NCBI GenBank assembly: GCA_963747405.1
Contig: CAVVFG010000011.1
Coordinates: forward strand, 5,018-69,017
Reading direction: 5' to 3'
Source of the DNA: an uncultured Actinomycetota bacterium
Lineage (GTDB): Bacteria > Actinomycetota > Actinomycetes > Actinomycetales > Dermatophilaceae
Length of the DNA stretch: 64,000 nt
Shown here: piece after piece, positions 1-12,428 of the stretch
How positions within the stretch are numbered: the first letter of the stretch is position 1
Layout: each line of letters begins with the position of its first letter
Program-made: the position numbers and the translations under genes
Notes under the pieces: model-generated
The model's database searches: none
Told to the model about the DNA's origin: nothing
The model's input: only the letters and a program-made list of their open reading frames with translations

Positions 1-2
1 GG

Positions 3-1508
3 TGGAAGCCCGACCGCACCCTGGTGCTGCTCGCCGACGACGTCACGCCGCGGGCCACCCTGCTCGACCCCGCGACCGTGCGCATCACCGCCCGGGCCGC
101 CGGCACGGTCAACGCGCAGGGCCGGTACACCGCCGCGCGGCCGGGCAGCGAGGTGTCGGCCACCTTCGGCCTGTCCACCGTGGGCGGCGAGTGGCGGATC
201 AGCGAGCTGCCGGAGGACTTCGGGCGGTGGATCGCGAGCTCACAGGTCTCCCGGCTCGTGCAGCCCTACGACGTGCACTACGTCTCGACCAGCCAACGCT
301 CGCTGGTCCCCGACACCCTGTGGTTCCCGGTCGACAAGCTCGCGACCCGGCTGGCCCGCGCCCAGCTCGTGCCGGTGCCACCACACCTCGACGACACCGC
401 CGTCACCGCCGTGCCCGCGGGCACCCGGTTGCTCGGGGACGCCGTGTCCATCGAGTCGGGTGTCGCCGCCGTCAACCTCATCTCGGAGGAGAAGCTCAGC
501 GCCGGCGAGAACACCAGGCAGAACCTGTGGGCCCAGTTCGTCAGCACGCTGACCCAGGACACCGAGGTGAACCGCGTCGAGCTGTCCGTCAACGGGGTGC
601 CGGTCAACCTCGGTGGCCTCGACGGCCCGGCCGGCACCCTGGCCGAGGTGGGGTTCAGCACCCCACCCGAGCCGGCGCCGGTCCAGCCGGTCGTGCGGCG
701 CGGTGACGACGTGGTGGTGTTCGACCCGAGCACGCTGGGTGACGCGGAGCCGCGCCAGCCGACGGTGTCGGGCACCTACCCGCAGGTGCCGCGCGCCTTC
801 CGCCGCCTGGCGCTGTCGGCCGACGGCAACGAGCTCGCCGCCATCGATCCCGGCAACAACGGCATCTCGCGCTGGCGGGGCACCAACCGCTACGAGGTGC
901 CGCTCGACGCCACGGACGTCGGGAGCCCTTCCTACGACCAGCGCGGCTACCTGTGGATGGGCGGGGTCGGCACCAAGGGTGCCAAGGCCCCGCGGCTCTG
1001 GGTGGTCGACCTGTCGGCGGACCCGGCCGACCCGCGGGCCGCGGCCACCCCCGTCCAGGCGGCCTGGCTCGACGACAGGCGCGTGGTCGAGGCGCGCGTC
1101 GCCCGCGACGGCGACCGCGTGGCGGTGCTCTCGACCGCGCTCGACGGGTCCGACACCCGCATCGACATCGCCGGGGTGGTGCGCACCGGTGGCGGTCTGC
1201 CGCAGCGGCTCGCGGCGCCCTTGCGCGTCGGCACCTCCCTGACCCGGGCCACCAGCATGGCGTGGCTCGACGACCGCACCCTCGCCGCGCTCGGCGTGCT
1301 CGACGGCAAGGTGCTGCGCCCGGTGGTCGTCTCCGTCGGTGGCGAGGTGCGGGGCCTGACTCCCGTCCCGGATGCCGTCAGCATCACCTCCACCGGCGGG
1401 GAACGCGACCTGTGGGTCGTCACCTCGAAGGGCCGGCTGCAGAGCCGAGCCGGATCCCAGTGGGTCGACAGCGGCCCGGCGACCGACCTCGCCACCGCCG
1501 CCGGCTGA
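3..1508 (+). CDS. lpqB: LpqB lipoprotein (GerMN + beta-propeller), 5'-truncated by window edge
   Basis: Frame is open from position 3. GerMN-like segment (LVPDTLWFP...LARAQL...VPAGTRL) and C-terminal propeller (ARVARDGDRVAVL). Sits upstream of comF-hpf as in the mtrAB-lpqB locus. Confidence 0.85.
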   Translation, partial: WKPDRTLVLLADDVTPRATLLDPATVRITARAAGTVNAQGRYTAARPGSEVSATFGLSTVGGEWRISELPEDFGRWIASSQVSRLVQPYDVHYVSTSQRSLVPDTLWFPVDKLATRLARAQLVPVPPHLDDTAVTAVPAGTRLLGDAVSIESGVAAVNLISEEKLSAGENTRQNLWAQFVSTLTQDTEVNRVELSVNGVPVNLGGLDGPAGTLAEVGFSTPPEPAPVQPVVRRGDDVVVFDPSTLGDAEPRQPTVSGTYPQVPRAFRRLALSADGNELAAIDPGNNGISRWRGTNRYEVPLDATDVGSPSYDQRGYLWMGGVGTKGAKAPRLWVVDLSADPADPRAAATPVQAAWLDDRRVVEARVARDGDRVAVLSTALDGSDTRIDIAGVVRTGGGLPQRLAAPLRVGTSLTRATSMAWLDDRTLAALGVLDGKVLRPVVVSVGGEVRGLTPVPDAVSITSTGGERDLWVVTSKGRLQSRAGSQWVDSGPATDLATAAG

Positions 1509-1514
1509 CCCGGG

Positions 1515-1552
1515 TCGTCCACAGGCGGACGGCGCGGGGACCGTCATCCACA
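1515..1552 (+). promoter_or_regulatory. Two TCCACAG (DnaA-box-like) motifs upstream of comF
   Basis: TCGTCCACAG at 1515 and TCATCCACAG at 1544 in the lpqB-comF gap. The same core occurs upstream of the SAF/CpaE genes and tadA. Confidence 0.35.
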
Positions 1553-1603
1553 GCTCGGGCTCGGCACTGTCGGGCCGGCGGCGCGGGGGGCAGCGTGTCC
1601 GGC

Positions 1604-2428
1604 ATGGGAACGACGTGGTGGAGCGCCTGGGCAGAGGTGCGGCACGCCCTGGCGGCGGCGCTCGAGCTGGTGCTGCCCTCGAGCTGCGCAGCCTGTCACG
1701 CGGTGGCGGTGAGGGGCCCGCTGTGTGCCCCGTGCCGGGCGGGCGTGCGCGCGGCGTCACGGCACGTCGCGCCGGCGGGTCCGCCCCCGCCGGCGGGTCC
1801 GCGACCGCCCCCGCCGGCGGGTCCGCCGTGCTGGTCCGGGGCCCACTTCGAGGGCCCCCTGCGCCTGGCGGTCACCGCCTACAAGGACGAGGGGCGGCGC
1901 GACCTGCGCGACGAGCTGGCCCGGCTACTCGGCACGGCCCTGTCGTCGGCCGCCGACGACCCGGCCCTGCGGCGTCGCCTGGCGTCGGGCGAGGAGGTGC
2001 TCGTCGTGCCGGTTCCGACGGCGGGCGCCTCGCGCCGCCGGCGGGGTGACGACCCCGTCGCGGCCCTCGCCCACGCGGCCACCGCGGCCGTCGGGGTGGC
2101 GCCGCCCACGCCAGGAATGGTGGTGGTGCCGGCGCTCGCCCACACCCGCCGGGTGGCCGACCAGGCGCACCTCGACCGTCAGTCGCGCGCCCGCAACCTG
2201 GCCGGCTCGATGGTCGTGGCTCCGGCCTGGCGTGAGGTGGTGCGCGGAGCCGTCTGCGTGGTCGTCGACGACGTCGTCACGACCGGCGCGACCCTTGCCG
2301 AAGCGGCCCGAGCCCTCCACGACGCCGGGGCGCGACACGTCGTCGCGGCAACGTGCGCGACGACACCTCGACGTGCACCGGACCCACCCTTGTGGCCCCC
2401 AAGGCCGCAGACTAGCGTCATTGCATGA
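1604..2428 (+). CDS. comF: ComF family amidophosphoribosyltransferase-like protein
   Basis: N-terminal CAAC...CAPC Zn-ribbon, PRTase motif VVVDDVVTTGATL, position between lpqB and hpf. Confidence 0.85.
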   Translation: MGTTWWSAWAEVRHALAAALELVLPSSCAACHAVAVRGPLCAPCRAGVRAASRHVAPAGPPPPAGPRPPPPAGPPCWSGAHFEGPLRLAVTAYKDEGRRDLRDELARLLGTALSSAADDPALRRRLASGEEVLVVPVPTAGASRRRRGDDPVAALAHAATAAVGVAPPTPGMVVVPALAHTRRVADQAHLDRQSRARNLAGSMVVAPAWREVVRGAVCVVVDDVVTTGATLAEAARALHDAGARHVVAATCATTPRRAPDPPLWPPRPQTSVIA

Positions 2429-2506
2429 GCCCCGATCCTCCGGAGGTGGTGCCCCTGACGCGGTTCGGCACTGAGCAGCGAGACCCCCACCAACGAGGAG
2501 GAACAC

Positions 2507-3163
2507 GTGGACATCGTCGTCACCGGACGGCACCTGACCGTCTCCGACCGCTTCCGGGCACACATCGAGGACAAGCTCGAGAAGATCACCCAGCTCGAGC
2601 CCCGCACCCGTCGGGTCGAGGTCCTGGTGAGCCATGAGCCCAACCGCCGACAGGCGGAGGTCTGTGACCGGGTCGAGATCACCTGCTACGCCAAGGGGCC
2701 CGTGGTGCGGGCCGAGGCGTGCGTCGAGGACAAGTACGCCGCCCTCGACCTGGCGATCGACAAGCTGATGGAGCGGCTCAGGCGTCAGAAGGACCGGCGA
2801 CAGGTGCACCGTGGGCGTCGCACCCCCGAGTCGGTGGCCAGTGCGACCGCGCGCATCGTCACCCCGGCCGAGGGTGGCCCCGTCGGCGGCGTCGACGACG
2901 GCGACCCGTTCGGTGACTCCCCGGTCGAGGTGCGCGAGAAGGTGCACCGCTCCACCCCGATGACGCTGTCCGACGCCCTGCGTGAGATGGAGCTGGTCGG
3001 CCACGACTTCTACCTCTTCCACGACGTCGACACCGACCGGGCCAGCGTGGTCTACCGCCGCCGGGGCTGGAGCTACGGTGTCCTGCACCTCGACCTCGAC
3101 GGGTCGCTGCCCGACGAGGCCGCGCCGGCCGACACCACCGAGGTCGAGGCCGCGGCCTCCTGA
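2507..3163 (+). CDS. hpf: Ribosome hibernation promoting factor (long HPF/RaiA)
   Basis: MDIVVTGRHLTVSDRFR..., DKYAALDLAIDKL, C-terminal PMTLSDALREMELVGHDFYLF S30EA_C domain. Confidence 0.92.
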   Translation: MDIVVTGRHLTVSDRFRAHIEDKLEKITQLEPRTRRVEVLVSHEPNRRQAEVCDRVEITCYAKGPVVRAEACVEDKYAALDLAIDKLMERLRRQKDRRQVHRGRRTPESVASATARIVTPAEGGPVGGVDDGDPFGDSPVEVREKVHRSTPMTLSDALREMELVGHDFYLFHDVDTDRASVVYRRRGWSYGVLHLDLDGSLPDEAAPADTTEVEAAAS

Positions 3164-3220
3164 GCGGCGTTTGGTCACATTCCTCTGGGCAGCGCCCACC
3201 CGAACTGCAACGATGGGCCC

Positions 3221-3928
3221 GTGCCCGCTGACGACGTGATCTCGAGCGCCACCGAGGGCGCCGTGCTGCCGCCGGTGCGCGTGATGATCGCCGACGACCA
3301 CGACCTGTACCGGCGTGGCATGCGAGTGGTCGTCGAGCTCGACGGCGCCGCCGTCGTGGTCGGCGAGGCGAGCAACGGCATCGCCGCCGTCGAGGTGTGC
3401 GCTCAGGTGCTGCCCGACGTCGTGCTGATGGACGTGCGGATGCCGGGCATGGGCGGCATCGAGGCGTGCCGGCGGATTCGCGAGGCCGTGCCCGGTGCCC
3501 GGATCCTCATGCTGACCATGTCCGACGACGAGTCGGACCTCTTCGAGGCGATCAAGGCAGGGGCGAGCGGCTACCTCCTCAAGGACCTTCCCGGTGAGGA
3601 GGTGGCCGCCGCCGTCCGGCGGGTCTACGACGGCCAGGCGATCATCCCGCCCGGGATGGCGGCCACGCTGCTGGCCGAGTTCACCCGGCTCAGCCAGGAC
3701 CCCGAGCCGGTGACCGGCACCGCGCCGCTGCTGACCGACCGCGAGGTCGAGGTGCTGCGGCTGGTGGCTCGCGGCCTGGCCAACCGCGAGATCGCCGAAC
3801 GGCTCGGCATCTCCGAGAACACCGTCAAGAACCACGTCCGCAACATCCTCGAGAAGCTGCACCTGCACTCGCGGGTCGAGGCGGCCGTCTACGCTCACCG
3901 GCAGCACCTGCTCCCGACGGATGAGTGA
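3221..3928 (+). CDS. Orphan NarL/LuxR family response regulator
   Basis: Receiver ([23 protein letters not shown]) plus LuxR HTH (LTDREVEVL...NREIA...[13 protein letters not shown]). No adjacent kinase. Confidence 0.92.
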   Translation: MPADDVISSATEGAVLPPVRVMIADDHDLYRRGMRVVVELDGAAVVVGEASNGIAAVEVCAQVLPDVVLMDVRMPGMGGIEACRRIREAVPGARILMLTMSDDESDLFEAIKAGASGYLLKDLPGEEVAAAVRRVYDGQAIIPPGMAATLLAEFTRLSQDPEPVTGTAPLLTDREVEVLRLVARGLANREIAERLGISENTVKNHVRNILEKLHLHSRVEAAVYAHRQHLLPTDE

Positions 3929-5117
3929 CCCACCGCCCGCCATACACCTCTCGACCCGAGCCGCGCGACGCATCGCGCTGGCCGCCCAGGGGTTCGCGCG
4001 GCCCCGGCCCGCCGACCCGGGAACCCGCGACGTGCAGCGCGTGGTCGACACGGTCGGCGTGGTGCAGATCGACAGCGTCAACGTCGTCGTGCGCAGCCAG
4101 TACCTGCCGTTCTTCTCACGGCTGGGGCCCTACGACCGCCGGCTGGTCGACCGGGCCCGCGACGTGGCGCCCCGCCGGGTGGTGGAGTACTGGGCGCACG
4201 AGGCGTCGCTGGTGCCGCCCTCCACCTGGCCCCTGCTCGACTTCCGGATGCGCCGGGCCCGCGAGGACGCCTGGGGTGGGATGCGGCGGGTGGCTCGCGA
4301 CCACCCGGACCTGGTCGCCGCGGTGCTCGCCGAGGTGACCCGGCGCGGACCGCTCACCAGCCGGCAGGTGGAGGCCGCGCTGGCCCACGACCTGCCACGC
4401 CAGCGCGACGAGTGGGGCTGGAACTGGTCGCTGGTCAAGAACGCCCTTGAGCACCTCTTCTGGGCCGGTGAGGTGTCCAGCGCCGGCCGCACGGCCCAGT
4501 TCGAGCGCCGCTACGCGCTGCCCGCCCGGGTGCTGCCGCCCGCCCTGCGCGAGCTGGCCCTCGACCCCGACTCGCGCCCGGGGGAGGGAGAGGCGGTCCG
4601 GCGGCTGGTCGACATCTCGGCCCGGGCCCTGGGGGTGGGGTCGGAGCAGTGCCTGCGGGACTACTTCCGGCTCTCGCCCGAGCAGGCCAGGCCGGCGATC
4701 GCGTCCCTGGTGGCCGACGGGACGTTGGTGCCAACCACCATCGAGGGCTGGCACCGCGCCGCCTACCTGCACCGCGACGCACGCCGTCCGCGGCGGGTCA
4801 CCGCTCGAGCGCTGCTCTCGCCGTTCGACTCGCTGATCTGGCAGCGCGACCGCACCCGCGCCGTCTTCGGGTTCGACTACCGGCTCGAGATCTACGTGCC
4901 CGAGCCGCAGCGGGTGCACGGCTACTACGTGCTGCCCTTCCTGCTGGGGGAGCACCTCGTGGCCCGGGTCGACCTCAAGGCCGACCGTGCCGCAGGCGTG
5001 CTGCGAGTGCGCCGCTGCACGTGGGAGCCCGGCCGCGGCAGCCCCGAGGACCGGTCCGAGCTCGACGCCGAGCTCGCCCTGCTCGCCCACTGGCTCGGGC
5101 TCGGCCGTCCAGGCTGA
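3921..5117 (+). CDS. Winged-helix YcaQ/AlkZ-like DNA glycosylase family protein (HTH_42)
   Basis: [38 protein letters not shown]...GYYVLPFL motifs. Confidence 0.85.
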   Translation: MSDPPPAIHLSTRAARRIALAAQGFARPRPADPGTRDVQRVVDTVGVVQIDSVNVVVRSQYLPFFSRLGPYDRRLVDRARDVAPRRVVEYWAHEASLVPPSTWPLLDFRMRRAREDAWGGMRRVARDHPDLVAAVLAEVTRRGPLTSRQVEAALAHDLPRQRDEWGWNWSLVKNALEHLFWAGEVSSAGRTAQFERRYALPARVLPPALRELALDPDSRPGEGEAVRRLVDISARALGVGSEQCLRDYFRLSPEQARPAIASLVADGTLVPTTIEGWHRAAYLHRDARRPRRVTARALLSPFDSLIWQRDRTRAVFGFDYRLEIYVPEPQRVHGYYVLPFLLGEHLVARVDLKADRAAGVLRVRRCTWEPGRGSPEDRSELDAELALLAHWLGLGRPG

Positions 5118-5209
5118 CGCAAGGTGGGCCGAACAGACCGGGGCGAACAAAACCGGAACCGACTCGGAGTGTGACGGAACCTGTCGTCCGGACGCGCAAG
5201 TTGACCCGT

Positions 5210-5229
5210 TTGGGTGATGTGCCACCCAA
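5210..5229. promoter_or_regulatory. Inverted repeat TTGGGTG-N6-CACCCAA upstream of accessory tadE
   Basis: Perfect 7-bp arms at 5210-5216 and 5223-5229, just after a TTGACC hexamer at 5201. Confidence 0.25.
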
Positions 5230-5291
5230 CTGTGCGCTGGACGATGGATACGGATGTCCACACTCGGTGGCTCCCCTAGGAGCGTGCGAAC

Positions 5292-5766
5292 ATGCTGGCA
5301 GGCTGGCGCCGAAGCGCTGGACGACGCGGCGAGCGGGGCGCAGCAGCAGTCGAGTTCGCCCTCATCGTGCCCGTGCTCATCCTGCTCCTGTTCGGGATCA
5401 TCACTTTCGGGTTGCTGTTCGCGCAGAGTCTCGCGCTGGGCAACTCGGCCCGGCAAGCGGCGCGCTTCGGGGTCGCGAACAACGCCGCACGCACTTGCGC
5501 GGATGTGGTGGCCGAGGCCCAGAACTCCTCGAGACCACTGGTACCGCTGCCCCCCTCTGGGGTGACGATCAAGCGAGGTGCCACGTCGGCCTCCGCCAGC
5601 CCTGTGTGCAGCGTGCCCACGGCGAAGCCGTGCACCGGCTCCGCGCCCACCGACAACCTCTACGTGACGGTCTCCTTCGACGCCGACGTAATGCTCCCCG
5701 CTGCCTGGCATGGGATCCACGAAAACGTTGACCGGCGCGGGGGTGTTCCGATGCGAGTTCACATGA
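5292..5766 (+). CDS. tadE: TadE-like pseudopilin carrying a +1 frameshift that fuses it to the next gene
   Basis: ERGAAAVEFALIVPVLILLLFGIITFG prepilin motif. The natural C-terminus LPGMGSTKTLTGAGVFRCEFT* is in the +1 frame from 5701; there is a C4 run at 5696-5699. Confidence 0.75.
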
Positions 5767-6998
5767 TGAGCCCCGATCGCCGCGATGAGAGGGGCGCGGT
5801 CGCCCTGGTGGTCACCTTTATGATGATCGTGCTGTGCATCTGCGCGGCGATGGTCACCGATTTGGGGATGGCCTACGTCAACAAGCGTCAGGCACAGACC
5901 GCGGCCGACGCGGCAGTTCTGGCGGCGGGACGTGTGATTGCCGGGCAGCCGGGAAGCTGCACCGACATTGCCGCCAACACCCTTCTCATGCAGACGGCGA
6001 ACGAGGCCGCGGATGATCTGCGGCAGGAGAACCTGCCGGGATCACCGGACGCGGATCTCGTAGCGAGTTGCTCCACCGGGTCGCTGACGCTTGACTACCA
6101 CGTCAACGTCGACTCCCCACTCTGGCTCGGTCAGATGGTCATGGGCACAGACCAGATCAACGTGGACCGGGAGGCGCAGGTGACCCTCCAGCCCGGTGGC
6201 ATGTCCGGAGGGTGCGGGCTGTGCTTCATCGGCACCGGGCCGATGCGCACCGGCAACGCTGACTACCAGGTCAACGGCGGCAACATCCACATCAACGGCA
6301 ACCTCAACGCCGGACCCAACGGCGTGTGGTCGGTGGTCGCCCCCAACGGGACGATCGGCATCTCCGGCAGCGTCAGCGGTGGGCAGTTCAGCCCTCCGTG
6401 GGTGCCCGACCCGGTGATCACCGACCCGCTGGCATCGATGAACCTGCCGCTGTTCACCACCGGCCTCGTCCACAAGACTGACCCGTGCACCCAGGGGCCG
6501 GGCATCTACGGATCGTTCGAGATCCCCAAGAACCCGGACTGCGTCCTGTCGCAGGGCGCGTACGTCTTCACCGGGGCGCTGACCATGAAGAAGAACTCGG
6601 TGCTGACCAGCAGCGGATCCGGGGTGACCCTGTACTTCATGAGCCCGAACGGTCGGATCGACGTGAAGAACGGCACCGTGGACAACCTCGAGGCGCCGCT
6701 GACCGGGCCACCGGCTGGTGCGCCTCCGGGCTGGCCAACCGGGTTCGCCATCATCTATGACCGGACCAACACCAACCTGATCTCGGCGCAGGGCAACGGC
6801 AGCACCACGATCACCGGCGGCATCTACGGACGGGACGCCACGCTGGACTTCAACGGCAGCTCCGCGTTCCACATTCTGCGTGGCCCGGTCGTGGTCACGT
6901 CCGGCACCGGCAACGGCAACCCCGGCACCGTCTTCGTGGACCAGGCAGTCGACGTGGGCGGCATCCCGCTCGTCGGTGGAATGCAGATGACCAAGTAG
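5763..6998 (+). CDS. TadG-like/Tad_N pseudopilin with large beta-rich C-terminal domain (putative tip adhesin)
   Basis: DERGAVALVVTFMMIVL...DLGMAYVNKRQAQTAADAAVLA motif. ATG at 5763 overlaps the TGA at 5764-5766 (ATGA coupling). Confidence 0.75.
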   Translation: MMSPDRRDERGAVALVVTFMMIVLCICAAMVTDLGMAYVNKRQAQTAADAAVLAAGRVIAGQPGSCTDIAANTLLMQTANEAADDLRQENLPGSPDADLVASCSTGSLTLDYHVNVDSPLWLGQMVMGTDQINVDREAQVTLQPGGMSGGCGLCFIGTGPMRTGNADYQVNGGNIHINGNLNAGPNGVWSVVAPNGTIGISGSVSGGQFSPPWVPDPVITDPLASMNLPLFTTGLVHKTDPCTQGPGIYGSFEIPKNPDCVLSQGAYVFTGALTMKKNSVLTSSGSGVTLYFMSPNGRIDVKNGTVDNLEAPLTGPPAGAPPGWPTGFAIIYDRTNTNLISAQGNGSTTITGGIYGRDATLDFNGSSAFHILRGPVVVTSGTGNGNPGTVFVDQAVDVGGIPLVGGMQMTK

Positions 6999-7024
6999 CC
7001 CACCATCCGTGTACTCGGCGGCAG

Positions 7025-8158
7025 TCAGTTGCGCAGCAGCTCCCAGTGCAGGGCGTCGACGGCCCGCCCGTCGGGCAGCACGTCGGCCGCGCTCTCGCGC
7101 CCCCAGATGGCGAACCCCAGGCGGTCGAGCACCTGGTTGCTGGCGGCGTTGTCCTCCGCGGTCTGCGCCACGAGCCGCCGCATCCCCAGCCCGCCGACCG
7201 AGCGTGGAGTGAACGCGTGCGCCACCAGCGCCCGCGCCCCGCTGGTCGCGACGCCTCGACCGCGCGCGCTCGGCACCACCTGGTACCCGAGCTCTGCGGT
7301 GTCGTCGTCGAGGGTGCCCTCGCTGACGAACACGAGAACCTCACCCAGCGCGGCATCCGTCGTGGTGTCGGCGACGCACCAGCTGAGCACGCGGCCGAGC
7401 GACATCTGCTCGCGCCGGATGGTCAGCCACTCGGGGAAGGTGTCGGCGTCGAGCACCCCGCGCGCCGGCATGTAGTGCTCCGGCTGGTCTCGCGGCTCGA
7501 GCGCGGTCACGTCGGCGTCGCGCCACGGGCGCAGCCGGATGCCGTCGCCGGCCGGCGCCGGCAGCACTGGTACGTCCTCCCACGGTGTGCGGGGCTCCAT
7601 CACGTCGTCGGCCCCGAGGCTCGCGCGCCACACGTCGAGCGGCGGGGCATCGGCGTCGTCCGGGTCAGGGTGCGACTGGGGGATCGTCCCGTGGTGGGTG
7701 AAGCCGCACGACCAGGCGACCCGCCACGAGGGGAAGTTCCCCCTGACGGCCATCCAGTGCACCCGCACGCCGCCCTGCGTGAACCACCAGCGGCAGGCCA
7801 GCCGCAGCGCGCCGGCCATCAGCCCCTGGCCCCTGCCGTCCGGGTGCAGACCGAACCCGGTCTCCGCGGCGCCACCACCGCGTGGGCGCAGGTCGACCGA
7901 GCCGAGGAAGCGGGCGTCGGGGTCGGCGGCATCCGTGACCGCCCAGTGGCGCACGCCGTTCGGCACGCTCCACTCGTGCTCGATTGTCCCCAGGAAGGAG
8001 CGCGCATCGTCCAGCCCGTAGGGCCGCGGCACGGTCGTCCAGCGCAGCGTGTCGGGGTCGTTGCACTGCTCGACGATCCGCTCGGCATCCTCGAGGCGGT
8101 GGGCGCGCAGCCGCACCACCCCGTCGGTGAGCTCGGGCACGCAGCCCGGGAACGGCAT
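7025..8158 (-). CDS. Tandem GNAT (RimJ/RimL-type) acetyltransferase
   Basis: Two repeats of the E(T/L)G(F/Y)...RG(Q/R)G acetyl-CoA motif. GGAGG RBS 10 nt before the ATG at 8158. Confidence 0.85.
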   Translation of the reverse strand: MPFPGCVPELTDGVVRLRAHRLEDAERIVEQCNDPDTLRWTTVPRPYGLDDARSFLGTIEHEWSVPNGVRHWAVTDAADPDARFLGSVDLRPRGGGAAETGFGLHPDGRGQGLMAGALRLACRWWFTQGGVRVHWMAVRGNFPSWRVAWSCGFTHHGTIPQSHPDPDDADAPPLDVWRASLGADDVMEPRTPWEDVPVLPAPAGDGIRLRPWRDADVTALEPRDQPEHYMPARGVLDADTFPEWLTIRREQMSLGRVLSWCVADTTTDAALGEVLVFVSEGTLDDDTAELGYQVVPSARGRGVATSGARALVAHAFTPRSVGGLGMRRLVAQTAEDNAASNQVLDRLGFAIWGRESAADVLPDGRAVDALHWELLRN

Positions 8159-8334
8159 ACCGGTCATTCCTCCACCCAACCACCTGCCCGGGGCCGCGGG
8201 AACTCGGGCCGCCGTGCGCGGCGTTGCCCTTCGGGGGTGCCGCTTGCCGGGTCGGTCGGGCGCTCCCGGCTCGACTACCCTAGGCAGGTCCGGTCGAGCG
8301 ACCGCCATGCTGTCACGCCAAGGGAGTCCCACTC

Positions 8335-11249
<2,915 letters not shown>

Positions 11250-11253
<4 letters not shown>

Positions 11254-11279
11254 CACCGCCGGTGCTGACACCGCCGGCG
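11250..11279 (+). repeat. Two 15-bp direct repeats at the secA stop codon
   Basis: CTGACACCGCCGGTG / CTGACACCGCCGGCG, followed by a partial CTGCACCCCC. Confidence 0.6.
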
Positions 11280-11477
11280 CTGCACCCCCGGTGACCAGGC
11301 CCGGCCGCGAACGCACGTTCGCGGCCGGGCCTCGTGCCGCCGGCGGCGCTCTCGGCGGGCAGCGCCGAGCGCTCACCCCTGCCGGGTGGTCTCGGGCCAC
11401 GTTTGCCGGCAGCCACTGACGCGTGCGACCTCCGGACGGTACGGTGCCGAGAACAGGCCAGCGAGAGACAAGGACGC

Positions 11478-12428
11478 GTGGTGTCCAAGGACCTGACCCC
11501 GTCAGGACGGCCCGTCGTGGCGCCCCAGCTCGGGCCCGAGGCCCGGCTGGCACTCGACCTCGCCCTCGGGGTGGCCGGTGTCACCGCGGGAGCCGCCGTC
11601 GTGGCGGTGCGGACCGTGCACCGGGTGGCCGCACCCGTGACCCGGATGCTGTGGCGACCGCCGTTCGTGCCGGCCCGGTTCCACCCCGCCACCGTCTTCG
11701 ACGACCTGGCGCGCAGCGGTGGCGCCGACCGCGAGGAGCTGCGCCGGCGGGTGGAGGTGCTGCTCGACGCCTGGGTGCCCGCCCTCGTCGCCGCCCTGGT
11801 CGAGCGGATCGACCTCACCCGACTCGTCGAGGACCACGTCGACCTCGACCAGATCGTCTCGACCGTCGACCTGGATGCCGCGGTCGCGAGGGTCGACCTG
11901 GACGCCGCCGTGGCCCGGGTCGACGTCGACGCCGTCGTGGCTCGCGCCGACCTGGACGGGGCGGTCGCCCTGGTCGACCTCGACGCCGTCGTCGCGCGGG
12001 TGGACATCGACGCCATCCTCGGCCGGGTCGACCTCGACGACGTGGCGGCCCGCCTCGACGTGGATGCCGTGGTGGCGCGCGCGGACCTCGACGCGGTCGT
12101 CGACCGGATCGACCTCGACGAGGTGGCGGCCAAGCTCGACGTGGATGCCGTGGTGGCCCGCGCGGACCTCGACGCGGTCATCGACCGGATCGACGTCATC
12201 GGCATCGTCGAGGAGGTGCTCGACGTCATCGACCTCCCGGCGATCATCCGTGACTCCACCGGGTCGATGGCCTCCGAGACGGTGCGGGGCGTTCGGATGA
12301 CGGGCATCACGGCCGATGACGCCCTGAGCCGTGTGGTCGACCGGGCGCTGTTCCGGCGTCGCCACCGACACACGCCGCAGGGCCCGCCGACACCGCCGGC
12401 CGTGCTGCCCCCGGTGGTCACTCCGTGA
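11478..12428 (+). CDS. Hypothetical protein with about 13 tandem 9-aa xD(L/V/I)DAxVAR repeats
   Basis: Repeats are visible in the translation. The TGA overlaps the GTG start of the RDD gene. Confidence 0.7.
   Translation: MVSKDLTPSGRPVVAPQLGPEARLALDLALGVAGVTAGAAVVAVRTVHRVAAPVTRMLWRPPFVPARFHPATVFDDLARSGGADREELRRRVEVLLDAWVPALVAALVERIDLTRLVEDHVDLDQIVSTVDLDAAVARVDLDAAVARVDVDAVVARADLDGAVALVDLDAVVARVDIDAILGRVDLDDVAARLDVDAVVARADLDAVVDRIDLDEVAAKLDVDAVVARADLDAVIDRIDVIGIVEEVLDVIDLPAIIRDSTGSMASETVRGVRMTGITADDALSRVVDRALFRRRHRHTPQGPPTPPAVLPPVVTP
11838..12215 (+). repeat. Coding 27-bp tandem repeat array (9-aa period) with a higher-order 81-bp duplication
   Basis: VDLDAAVAR-type units. VDLDDVAARLDVDAVVARADLDAVVDR and IDLDEVAAKLDVDAVVARADLDAVIDR are near-duplicates. 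Confidence 0.8.

Noticed and set aside
1770-1830. Pro-rich repeats in comF as a separate element
   Set aside because: Three short GCCGGCGGGTCCGC duplications forming a flexible linker; ordinary low-complexity expansion.
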